DNA of 60,566 bases, counting the filler, from Piptocephalis cylindrospora (taxonomy: Eukaryota), in the NCBI GenBank assembly GCA_003614145.1. It is 12 parts of 12 records of this genome, joined end to end, with 100 filler letters (N's around TTAATTAATTAA, not from the genome) between each part and the next. Parts side by side here need not be neighbours in the genome. Positions count along the whole stretch, not along the records: positions 30,453 to 35,408 come from KZ988451.1; positions 35,509 to 40,462 come from KZ988452.1; positions 40,563 to 45,497 come from KZ988453.1; positions 45,598 to 50,524 come from KZ988454.1; 8 more parts are not named here. The stretch is one strand, 5' to 3'. Both the position numbers and the translations under genes were made by a program. Numbering within the stretch: the stretch's first letter is position 1; every line of letters starts with the position of its first letter. This document shows positions 35,178 to 46,995 of the stretch, piece by piece. The notes under the pieces were generated by a model. The model was given only the letters and a program-made list of their open reading frames with translations. It had not been told where the DNA came from and did no database searches.

Positions 35178-36125
35178 CAAAGAGGGAGGGGGGGGGGGGG
35201 GGAACCGAGGGGGGGAAGAGCAAAAAAAAAAAAAAAAATTTTTTTAAAAAGGGGGGAATAAAAAAAAGGGGGGGGTTATTTCACTTGTTTCCCTCCCCCG
35301 CCCTTTCTCATCTCTTGTTCTCCGTCCCCCTAGGCCCCCCCCCCCCCAAACCCCCATTGCCCCCCTCTCCCCCCCCCCCCCCCCCCCCCTTCTATTTATG
35401 CCCTCTGCNNNNNNNNNNNNNNNNNNNNNNNNNNNNNNNNNNNNNNNNNNNNTTAATTAATTAANNNNNNNNNNNNNNNNNNNNNNNNNNNNNNNNNNNN
35501 NNNNNNNNAGCGCAGCGTAGCGCAGGAAACACCCTGGTCAGCCTCCTCTCTCTCTCCTTCCTTTCCTTCCATCCTCCCCCCTCTCCCTTCCTCCATCTAT
35601 CCTCTCTTCCCCTTCGTGGCCTTCTCGTATTCGGAGCCTTTGGTGCTTCCGTTCCCACACCTCTCCATCCAATCCTCTTCCCCTCTCAGACTCTCCTCGA
35701 CGCCGGAAGAAGGGACTTGGAACTGAAATTCTCACGTAAGTCACCGCGTATCCTACACTTTCCCATCCATTCATCTCTACCAACACTAACCCTATTCTTC
35801 ATCCTTCCCTCCCCCCTGGTAGCTCCCTTTCTTTCCCTAGCAAAGAGCCTTACGCCACCTTGATCAAGGTCTACGTACACACCCCCCTCTCCTCCCCTAC
35901 TCCCTGGAACTCTGGTTAGTCGTCGCGCTTCTCTTCCTTTCTGGTGGTCTTGATGCTGTGCCTCAAGATATACTCATTTCCCACTCTCTACTAGATCCCT
36001 AGCCTCCTTCTCACGCTTCTTTATCTTCCTTCATTTTCCTCCCTCTCCATTCCTCCCTCTCCATTCCTCCCTCTTTATCCATCCATCCACCCTCGGCAAT
36101 TCTTGCACGGCTGATCAATTTTTCA

Positions 36126-39100
36126 ATGTCGCATCCTTCCTCTTCCTCCTCCTCGGGTTACAATGGCAGTGGAGCCCCTTCAAGAAATGGGAGTTTCCGT
36201 GGTAGGCAGGGTCCCTCTTCTTCAAACTCCTCCTCTTCCTCCTCTTCCTCCTCCTCAGGCTCCTCTAGGGGAGGAAAGTTGGGAAAATGGGCTGCCAACT
36301 CCTCCCCTTCCCATTCTCCCTCCCCCTCCGCCTCCATCTCTTCGCCTCCACTTGCCCCATCCTTGAGCACTTCGACCTCCTCCCCCGAGGACACCTTTGC
36401 CTCCCATCAGCACGACCGTACCCTCTATCTCCTCATGCACCTGGTTGGCCAAGTTGTTCATCTCACCACCCGAGGAGGTATCACCTACGAGGGCTACTTT
36501 CATGCTGCTCACACAGATGCCGCGGAATTTGGCGTCGTCCTCCAAATGGCCCGCATCCTCCCTGAATCCGAGGGAACTGAGGATGAGGAGGAAATGGAGA
36601 GAAGGAGGACTGTCGTTGTCCTGGCCAAGGATGTCGTTATGCTCGAGGCCTCCGATACCGACTTTTCCACCCCATCCATGGCCGGCGGCCTTGGCCTTCC
36701 CGGCTTCCAGACAGATGGCTCCATCTCCTCCAAATCCCCTGGGGACTCCTCCACCTCAACGGACAGCTCCGCACCTCCCAAGGAGCGACAGTTGCACCGA
36801 TGGGCCGATTGGGCTGATGAGGATGAGGATGATGAGGGTTTGAATGGACTGGAGGTAGATGGCTGGTTGGATCAACCAGCCCCTATCCTCTCCGCTCCTG
36901 CTCCTCCATCCATCAAGGAAAGTCTCTCCCTAGACCATAGTAAGGTCAAGCTGGAGGCATCCAAGGGCGCCCTTCCTCCCTCCTCTACTTCCTCCTCCTC
37001 CTCCTCCTCCTCCTCTTCTCCCCCTCCTTCCACCGCTGCCACTACCAAATCACCTCCTCCTTCCGTGGTTGGTCCTCAGCCCAAGGAGCAAAATGCTTCA
37101 GGGGATGGTGAGCCCTGGGATCAATTTGCCGCCAACGAGAGTTTATTTGGTGTTCGAACCGATTATACCGAGGAGGCCTACACCACCCCATTGGATCGAT
37201 CGGCCCCTGGGTATGCTGCTAGGGAAAAGGAAGCCGAACGTATTGCTCGGGAAATCCTTTCCCAGGACACGGAGAATGCTCATATGGCTGAGGAACGAGG
37301 AATCAAGGATACCACTGCCTCGGCCGGTATGGATGAAGAGGCCAAGTATGGCGCAGTCCTTAGGCCCTTTACGCCCTCTCGACAGCAAAACAAGTACGTG
37401 CCTCCTCGATGGAGACAGAGGCAAGCAGCCGGAGGAGAGGGATCCACAGAATCCGAGACCAGCAAATCCTCGGTCTCCTCCCCTCCTGTCCCCCCTGTCC
37501 CGGACCTCTCGGTTCGCATGGTGAAGGGAGGGGCTCCTGGGGGTGCCACTGTCTCTGGGGACACTGGTCTACGTGAGAGGCCTGATGGGCTTGTCAAGGA
37601 CAATGGGCCTGCCCCGCCTGCCCTGTCCCCTCACTCTAGTGCCTCCTCCACCACCTCCTCTTCTTCCATGGCTTTGAAAATCCCCATGGGAGAGGCTCCT
37701 GCTCGGTCCACCACCACTTCTGCTACCCTGACTAAAGCTCCCCCATCCCTACTGGAAAAGGCTAAGGATCTCCCATCGGGAGCTTCGACTAAAATGGCGG
37801 AGGGTTCTGCGAGTGGATCTCCAGCCTCCAATTCCCCCTCTCTCGCCTCGGTCAAGGCTTCAGGCCGGTCAGGGGATTCCAAGGCTGGGGATGGGAAGAG
37901 TCGTGGCCTGCCTCAGGATCTCCTTTCCCGGGTCAAGGCTGAGCTTCTCAAGGGTGGTAACTTTTTTCCACGAAAATCTTCGGCCATGGCCGAAGTCACT
38001 CCCATCTACGTTGCCCCGACTCGTGAGGAGCTCCGGGCCATGAGTAAGGATATGCCCAGTATTAAACGACTCTCTGTGTCCTCCTCCTCGGGTAACAAGG
38101 CCAAGTCCCCAACCTTGACGGCCGGAACGGACAAGAAGCCCTCTCCCGCTCAGGTCAAGGGCTCGTCTGAGGAGCAAGCGGCCCGCCGCCGACAGGATAT
38201 CCTAAGGTCCATTGACCGATCCGCCCTTTCCCAGGCTACCTCCTCCGAAGAAGGGTCTGGAGGCGGCTCTGGGGAGAATCGGGGTGGGGGAGGGAAGAAG
38301 AGTATTGAGCAACAGGTGGCTGGTACCTTTAACAAGTACGTCAGTACCGAACGGGAGCGTATGGCCCAGAAGAAACAGGCTCTTTTTCGGAAGGAAAAGA
38401 GTAAGAAAATTGAGGAACTCTTATCCTTTAGTCGGTCCTTCCAGCTTCCCGCTGAACGAAGAGCCAGTGTGGGTGGGACCGATCTGACTAAAAAGAATAA
38501 GACCGAGGTGGAGGGGGAGGGCAAGAAGGAGAGGAGGACCACCATTGGCTCATCCGGCGCACCTTCCCTCACCAACGCAGGACCTGCATCCCTTACTGTG
38601 GTCAAGGAAGAGGTTGAGATTACCACTCTTCCCGATCCTGTCAAGGAGACCAGGAAGGGCCCTGTCAAGACTGAGAAGGAAACTGAAAAGGAGACTATAA
38701 AGGAAAGTGAAGACAGAGCAGATAAATCCATGACTAAGGAATCTAGCCAAGCAAAGGCCGATTCCTCTGGAAATCTGGCTTCGTTCAGGTGGAATGCTCA
38801 GGCTGTGGAGTTTAAGCCCACTGGTCCTTCCCCTCCCAATTCGAACAAGTCCTCCACTGGGTCTACCGGGAAAGGAGAGCGCTCTGAAGGTGAGGAGTCC
38901 TCCAAGGCCCAGGAGACCGAGCCTTTGGATAAGGAGAGGGTTAACCCAATCTTTTCGGGCCCTGGACCTACTCAAGAAGGCGGCGCCTTCCCCGTCTCCC
39001 CCCCTCCTATGCCCATCTTCCCCGGTCATCCTGCTTCCCTTTCCCTCCCTACCTCGATGAGCGGTGGGGGTATGGCTGTGTCTGGATCCCCAATGATGGC

Positions 39101-40321
39101 TCCCGGAGGCTCCCCCTTGCCCATGATGGCTCAGGCTATGGGTCAGATCCCTTCTCCCATGGCCCCCCATTCCCCCCATCCTCATCCCCCTGTCCCCAAT
39201 CCTTCTCAAGGCGTTCCCCCACAACACCAGCAACCTGGGCCACCTCCACACTCTATGATGCATCCAGGCCATATGCCTCATCCCCCTTTTGATATGACTA
39301 GTCAAGCTGGAGGCATCCCTCCCTTCCGTGTGCCTCAACAGGTGGGTTTTTTTGTATTTTTTTTTCGACATGAATGTGCGTGTGTATGAGAGAAAACTCA
39401 TCCTTTTCTGGTACTACTCTTTAGTTAATGGCTCACCCTCAGATGCTTGCTGCTTTCTTCAAGCAACAACAACAACAGCAGCAGCAGATGCAACAACAGG
39501 CCCAGGGATCTCCTCAGCCTGGTCATCCCTCAATCTCCTCTTCGCCTAGGTCTCCTCAGCAGGGTCTTCCCCAGGGTACCCCACCCTTCCCTCCCCATCC
39601 CATGCTTCATCCAGGGATGTTTCTCCCTGGTATGCCCTTCCCAGGCCACCAAGCTGGTGCTGGGATGATGCACCCGGCTTTTGCCCCACCCAGGCACCCA
39701 GGCCCTCATCCCTCCGCCTCCCCTGGCCCCATGACCACCCATGCCAACCTGACGCCCAATTCTAACCCGCCCCCCTTGGCTCATCTTCAGTTTACGCCCC
39801 CTCCTGCCAGCCCCTCCCCAGGCCCGGATCGCCGTACCTCTCTGGCTGCTACTTCCTCCTCTTCACCTGCTCCAGTATCTCCTGGACCTGACCGACGAAC
39901 ATCCCTTGTCTCTCCCTCTCTCTCTCCCGCCTCCGCCTCCTCCTCTTCTGCCTCTCCCTCTACAGCAGCCGGTAATAACCCTCCGGCGCCGATGGTGAGT
40001 GGTCCTGGACCATCGCCTCACGGTGGGGGCCATCCTCCTCCTCTTCCCCCGCACATTGCCGCGGCTATGATGATGGCTGCCACCAGCGGGGACCCCATGG
40101 TTATGCAACAGGCCATGGCCTCCTGGGTCGCCATGATGGGTAGTCACAACGGTAGTAATGGTCCCCCTCCTCCTCTCCCTCAAGGATTTCCGCAGGGTTT
40201 CCCCCAGGGTTTGCCCCAAGGCATGCCTCAAGAGACCTCTTCCCCTATCGGGACCCAGGGTGGATTGGCAGGTCAAGGGGACCAGACCAATCCATCCTCC
40301 CCTCCTTCCAAGGCAGAGTGA
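36126..40321 (+). CDS. PBP1: Ataxin-2/Pbp1 poly(A)-binding-protein interactor
   Basis: LSm domain (HDRTLYLLMHLVGQVV..G..YEG.F), FQTD, LsmAD (WDQFAANESLFGVRTDYTEEAYTTPLDRS...AERIAREI...HMAEERG...DEEAKYGAV), PAM2-like FRWNAQAVEFKP; intron 39342-39424 joins the Pro/Gln-rich tail. Confidence 0.93.
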
Positions 40322-40619
40322 GGCGATACTTGTTGTGTAGGGGATGGAATGTCGTCTATAAGGATTGCTCTCCCCCTTTCTTTGGATGCTCTCTCTCCCC
40401 CTCCTTCACTCTCCCTTTCTTTGCCTTGCCTCTCACCCTTCCCCCCCCCCCCCCCCCCCCCCNNNNNNNNNNNNNNNNNNNNNNNNNNNNNNNNNNNNNN
40501 NNNNNNTTAATTAATTAANNNNNNNNNNNNNNNNNNNNNNNNNNNNNNNNNNNNNNNNNNNNTCCGCACCTGCCCTGTCTCGCCCCCATACCCCCCCCCC
40601 CCCCCCCTCCCCATCCACC

Positions 40620-41981
40620 ATGTCCCATCAACATGCCAGAATCCCAAGATTCCTAAAAACACTGAAAAGTCATCATGGAGATGGACAGGGGTGGGAAAGG
40701 CACATTTATCAAGTACAGTATGAGGTGAAGCATCGGGAGAGATTGTGGAAGGAGGAGGCCGAGGAGGCACTGTGCCTTGGTCTGCCCCATCCCTACACCC
40801 GGATTGCGGCGTTGACGCCTGGGAACTTTGAGAGGAACCGGTATTCGGACACGATGCCCTATGATTTTAATCGGATCCAGCTGAAACAGACGCCCTGGGA
40901 GAACAAGCCCGTCTGGGTTCGGACGTAGGGGGAGGGGGGGGGGACCCCGCCTTTGGAGGAGGAGGAGGGAGGGGGGATGGGCGTGATGGGCGGGATGGTG
41001 GAGGGGGAGCAAGGAGAAAGAATACAGCTGGGGGCTGGAGCAGGATGGGGGTCACATGGGGGGAAGATGAGGTTTAGCGATTACATTAACGCGTCCTGGA
41101 TCAAGATGGAGCATCAGGATTGGATTGCAACGCAAGCGCCCATCTCCACGACGATTGAGCACTTTTGGCGGATGATCTGGGAGGAGGATGTCGGGGTCAT
41201 TGTCAACTTGACCCGGAATGTCGAGGGAGTCAAGGTCAAGGGGACGCCGTACTGGCCGGATCCATCGAGCACAGGCCAGACGTCCTGGGATCTGGGACAA
41301 GGGATGCGCATTACCTTGGTGGCCTCCCGGATCCTCTTTCCGGACGATCCGGTACAGCATTTGACCATCCAGATGACTCGAACGTGGGGGGAAGGGAAGG
41401 AGGAGGGGGAGGAGAAGAGGACGGAGATTTTGTTTTATCCAGGCTGGAAGGATGGGAGTGCGCCTAGTCATCCGGGGACAGTGCTGTCGATGCGGGATCT
41501 GGTCAAGGAGCTGTGTCGACGGGAAGGGGATCGACCCCAGGCCCCGGCGGTGGTACATTGTAGCGCGGGGTGTGGGAGGACGGGGGCGTTCATTGCGCTG
41601 GATCTGGTCCTTCAGGAGTTGGACACGGGCCTGGGCGGGGATCATCCACAGAGGGACTTGGTGGTGGAGGCGATCCATTACTGCCGGCAACGACGGATCC
41701 AGATGGTGCAGACCAAGCGGCAGATTGGCTTCCTGTACCGGGCGGTGGAGTACTACACCCACTGCCTTGGTCGTGGAAGGGTGATGGCGGATGCGGAGAT
41801 TGGAGGGGGAGTGGGTTGTGTTGGGCTTGAAGGGGGAGGAGGAGGAGGAGGAGGGGAAGGGCAACGGTTGATCCCTGACATGGGTATCGAGCCTGGCAAG
41901 GCCCTGACGGGAGGGGGAGAGGAGGGGGCAGCAGGGTCAAAGGCCGAGGAAGAAGCGACGGTGATGGGAGAGGGTGTGTAA
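40620..41981 (+). CDS. Classical protein tyrosine phosphatase with one in-frame TAG (40926-40928)
   Basis: RNRYSDTMPYDFNRI, DYINASWI, IATQAP..TIEHFWRMIWE, WKD (WPD-loop position), VHCSAGCGRTG, MVQT; the ORFs at 40620 and 40953 are in the same frame. Confidence 0.88.
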
Positions 41982-44900
41982 AGTGTAATACGAGTAGGGA
42001 GATCTTTATACCCGATTGAGCGGAAGGGTTCATTGTACTTTGTATGGCGTCGGGGATAGGGGGAGGAGGGGAAAGGGCGATGGATCAGGGGGCGGTGATG
42101 AGGGAGGGAGGGAGTTCATAGTGTCCAGGGGTGTCCGCAAGGGCGGCGATGAAGAGGGTACAGGGAAAAGGGAGGGGAGCAGGTCCAGTGAAGGGGGGGG
42201 GGGGTGCATTATCTTGATAAGACAAGCGGACTTGGCTCGACTTGGATGAGGATGTATGAATCAGGTGATGGTTCATGGAGAGGGCGGGGTTTGATCGGTC
42301 GACTGTTCCATTCCATCCTCATCGCCTCTCTCTCTCTCTCTCTCTCTCTTTCATTCTTTCTTTCGTCCCCCTTTCATGCATGATCCTTGGGGTTCAATGT
42401 GAAGGAGAATCCATGAAACAACACCTTGAGAGAGAACCGGGTCAGCATGGAGAGGGAAGAAGGGTACAGGGAGATCCCAGATGGTCTGGTCATCAAGGAG
42501 AATGGCATGGTACAGAAAGGATTGAATGGAGCCCACTCCCCATTGTATCACCACTCTATGCAAAACTTCCATTCTTAGGCGGCGACGTTATATCAGATGG
42601 CATGATCCCCGCCTCCAAAGGAGGATTCATGTGTGGGTAGGGGGGATGTGGGCCCGACTAGGTAGGTAAGTTAAGTTTGTGTGTGTGCCTGCTGAGTATC
42701 CCAGTCTCCCATTCCGTCCGTAGGGGATGATACCATGGCCATTCTTTGATGGCTTTCTTGGATAGGGCCAAGGCTATACATGCAACGACCAGGGTGGGAG
42801 AGGGGGCAGGAAGGGCTAGCCACGTCTTTTTTCTTCCGTATGTGTCCTACTGCCCCACATCATCCCCCCTCCCCCCTTTGAGTAAGGTGTGTGATGGCCC
42901 GCTTGTACGACTCCCTCACCTCCTTTCTCCCTGCCATCTCTTCCCCCCCACTCGTCTGCCATTACACACCCGCTAAAGAGACACAGCACACATACAGTGT
43001 GCTGTGTCTCTCTCGCCTCCCTTTCTCTCCTAGGCACACACACCCCCCTCTCTGTGCCTATCAGTCCAATGCCCATTCTTTCAGAGCACACCACCTTTTA
43101 CCCCACATTCTGCACCCCGCTCACAGTGTAAAAATACAGCCCACATCCTGTATCACCTTGACCACCGCACAAAGTCCGGTGGCTTTGAACTACACTCTAT
43201 ACTGTACGAGGCATCATTCTTATTCACCAGACAAGACAGCGACTCGCTTCCACACGCTCGTCTGTCTGGCACATCCGACACACATACACACACCTCACTT
43301 GCTCTCTCTCCGCCCCAATCTATGTGTGTCTGTGCAACAGGGGAAGCACGATATCTCTTCTTCAACTGTCCCTCCCATCCTCTCTATGGAGGAGGAGGAA
43401 CAAAGAAGTGGTCATCGAAAGGGAGAGAGAGAGAGAGAGAGAGGCAGGTTCATTCTAGGATACGACGAAACCCTACTCGGCTTTCCCGTGCTGCACCCTG
43501 CACAGCATGGACAAGGAGGAACATCCGCTACAACCCGGGCCGGTGTCCATTCCCGCTCCTAAAATGGAAATGATCCTCCTGGCCATTGCAAGCAGAGCGT
43601 TGCATGGTCAAGAGCCCTCAAGTAGGGGATGCGTAGGAAGGTGGGCAAGGCCACGTACGCCACATCCCCATAGGAACACCGGGGAAGGGTGGATCCAGCA
43701 GGAAAGATGTTTCCTTGAAGACGGGGAGGGAGAGAAGGGGACAGGATGGGAGGGGAGGATGGGAGGGAAGGAGCGGAGGGAAGGAGCGGAGTGAACACGC
43801 ATGCTCCCCTCCCGTCACCCAGTCACGCATTCCCAGTGTGAGGGAGGGAGGGAGGGAGAGACACCGAGATACCGAGACACCCACATACCGTGTCGACTCC
43901 GACCCTCCCTTCCTCCTTATCTCCCTCACACTGGGTATCGCACCTTCCACTAGGCCAATGCGCGCTATCCTCTCGACGAATGGGGATTGCATTCCTCTCT
44001 CATGTGTGGGAGGACGAGGGGGGATGAAGGAACTTGTCTCTCGCACCTTGAGAGGCAATGTCTTCCCCCGTCCCCCCCTCCCCCCGCCCCACTCACATTC
44101 TGAGTGGGGGGGAGGGGGGGGGGGGGGGTGGGGTCCCCCCCCACTTTTCTCCCCCCCCCCCCCCCCCCCAACCCTCTTCCCCATTCACTTGCTCGTCCAC
44201 GCACGCACACCCACACACACATCCACATCCACACTGACTCGCTACAACCCATTCCCCTCCAGAGGGTATAAAGGTAGCCCGTCCCTCCTCCTCCTCTCGC
44301 CGGATTCGCCACCTCGCCTCTTTCATTCCCCCCATCCATCCCTTCCCCCCCATCGTGTCCAATATCTTTTTTTCCTCCTCCCTTGGTATATTGATCCATC
44401 CCACACTGTCCCATACCATCCTCCCGTCCTCCATCTCCCCTGAAAACAACAGCCTCCTCTCTTTTCCCCATCCCTCTCTCCCTCATCCCGATCTATCCGT
44501 ACCCGTGTGTATTGATCCCCTCCCTCCTTACTCTCGCGTTTGCTTACATTGTGAACCCCATTTCCTTTCCGACCATTTCTCTGGTAAGTCTAGCCCTCTT
44601 TCCCATCCCATTCATTGGTCCATCTCGACCACTGATGGGGGAGATTCATCAAGAGATAGACCCTTTCCATCTGTTGACCGGATGGAGAGGCTGATCTCTC
44701 TCTCCCTCTCTCTCTCCCTCTCTCTTTCTCTCTCTCTCCCTCTCCCACTCTTTGACTCTTACCCCTGGAATCGCTTCTCCCACTTGTCCCCCTCCCCTCC
44801 CTCGCTTTGCTCATCCACGTGGTCATGACCCTGCATACTCGCTCGCCTCTTTCTTTGTCATCCACCTTCCCCTCGTTATCAGGACCCCTCTTGATCCTGT

Positions 44901-45597
44901 AGATCCCCTCACTCTGTCAACATGTGTGTATGTGTGTGTATGCGCACACATGGTACCTGTGTGTGCGCTATGTGTGTGTGTCGGGGAAAGAATGTTCCAA
45001 TGGATAGGTCCCTGTCGTCATCACTCTTCCCACCTCCACCTCCTCCGCCTACTCCACCCTTCCCCTTTCCAATGGTCCTCCCCAACCCCCCGCCCTCACA
45101 CACACACATCCTTTAAGGATAGGAGAAAAAGAAAAAAAAGCGCAGTGTCGTCTCCCTTTCTGTTCGGAGATAAATAGGGGGAGGAGAAGGAGGAGTAGAT
45201 GATCCATGAGGCTTCCCCGACCCGCTTTGTCCCACGACACCCCATCCCACCCCCCTTCCTCTGTCCCATTCATAGTTCTAATCACCATCCCCACCCCCCT
45301 CTCTATATACTTCCTCTCTCTGGTATCGCCACTTCCCACGGTCATCCTTTCGGTGTTACCTTTGCCATAGATGTAAGTGGCTCATCCCATCTCACCCCTG
45401 ATATCTCCTCTCCCAGAGGGTCTATCCGAGAGTGAGCGCCTCTACCCATTATCCTTTGTGTCTATATCCAGTCTCTCCCTCTCCTCTCTCTCTCTCTNNN
45501 NNNNNNNNNNNNNNNNNNNNNNNNNNNNNNNNNNNNNNNNNTTAATTAATTAANNNNNNNNNNNNNNNNNNNNNNNNNNNNNNNNNNNNNNNNNNNN

Positions 45598-45671
45598 CCA
45601 ACTCAAGCTCAGCCTCATCGTTCCCTGTAAACACAACCGAAAAAAGACAGCAAAGCATGGCACATCACATC
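45598..45671 (+). repeat. 74-bp direct repeat of 48306-48379 in the same contig
   Basis: 55 identical bases from the contig start, one mismatch, then 18 more matches. Confidence 0.92.
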
Positions 45672-46416
45672 CCCCCCTCCTTTCTTCAACGCCTCAACCT
45701 CATTTCTCTATCATGGTGTGTGTCGGCCACCACTATCCCTCTAAATTCACTCTTTTAGCTTCTTCTCCCGATCTCTGGCTCAAGACCTCCTTATGACAGC
45801 CTCTTTAATGTTCAGGTACCTATGAGGATAAAAGTCGATTTCAATTTAATTCGTGCCCAGAAGCAAGGAAAATATCACCCTTATGATCAGAATTACAGGG
45901 GGTTTGTCTATAATCATTACCCAGATGGGTAAGTCTCTAAGCTCATCTCCCTCACATCGATGAAGCGGTAGCAGCTACATATTTGGGATGTTTCAAAGAC
46001 AACAAGAAGCGACTCCTGCTTAATAAACTAGCAAATGAGTATAAAGAATTGGTCCCATCTATAAAATATACTGCTTTCCATGTAAATCTAATCGGTACTG
46101 GTAGTGTGGTTAAAGCGGGGTGAAGCAAATATGCCCACTTCATCACCTCTCCTATTTCCCTGCGGTTCAATAGCAGGCACGGTAGAGCGCGACAATAAAG
46201 TAGAGGGGAAACCCCTCCTGATTTTTTTTAAAGGGATAATAGTGATGAATAAAGGAAGAAAAACGAAGAGAAAAAACGAAATGTGAGATAGAAAAATAAA
46301 AGTATAACATCCGGTGAGGATGGAAGATGGGAGACATGATGGTCCAGAGGAGCGATCAAAGTCTTGCGAATCGGCCCTGGAGCATCACAGATCCAGTCAA
46401 TGTCACTGTCCTCTCA

Positions 46417-46995
46417 CTAACCACGCATCCAGCCAAATAGACGACGTGAAAGGTTCTTTGGACCTTTGCCCTCACCCTCCTCAAAGGCAGATTGAGCGTA
46501 CATGGAGGGGGCGGGAGACTGGGCGGGGGAGACGGGGACAGAGGGAGAGAGGGTGGGGTTGCAAGAGAGCTCGGAAGCCCATTGATCGAGGACCTGACCA
46601 GCATGGACCTGGATAGCAGCGGGGTATTGGGCGAGGCGAAGAGATTGCAGTATGTTTTGAGCCAAGAGATGGAATTGGACGGGATGGGAGGGGAAGAGGC
46701 GACGATGGGCAGCGCGCATAGATCTTTTTTCCAAGGGCCTGTCGATCATGATTAGGACATATTGAAGGAGGAGGAGATGATCCTCGAGGAGGACGAGAAG
46801 ATCATGAGTCATTCCAACTGAGGGTGGATCTTCGCGTCTCCCACGCAATTCGGCCAATAGATCGGGATGCTGCCGATTGAGGTGAACAAAAAACTTGGCA
46901 GCTTTGAGGATCTGATCCTTCCCCTCCTCCTTGATCTCTGGGACTGGAGATGGAGTGGGACCAACTAGGGAGAGACGGCGGGCAAAGCGATTCAT
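46417..46995 (-). CDS. Hypothetical 192-aa protein, possible divergent group I truncated haemoglobin (2/2 globin)
   Basis: ATG at 46995; RSMRAAHRRL..SHPVQFHLLAQNILQSL..YPAAIQVHAGQVLDQWASEL aligns by eye to the TrHb1 F, G and H helices. Confidence 0.5.
   Translation of the reverse strand: MNRFARRLSLVGPTPSPVPEIKEEGKDQILKAAKFFVHLNRQHPDLLAELRGRREDPPSVGMTHDLLVLLEDHLLLLQYVLIMIDRPLEKRSMRAAHRRLFPSHPVQFHLLAQNILQSLRLAQYPAAIQVHAGQVLDQWASELSCNPTLSPSVPVSPAQSPAPSMYAQSAFEEGEGKGPKNLSRRLFGWMRG

Noticed and set aside
36158..40276. Many long antisense and alternate-frame ORFs over PBP1 (also over SEC2, RSM22, the PTP and the kinase)
   Set aside because: Shadow ORFs expected from GC-rich coding sequence; no independent motifs.
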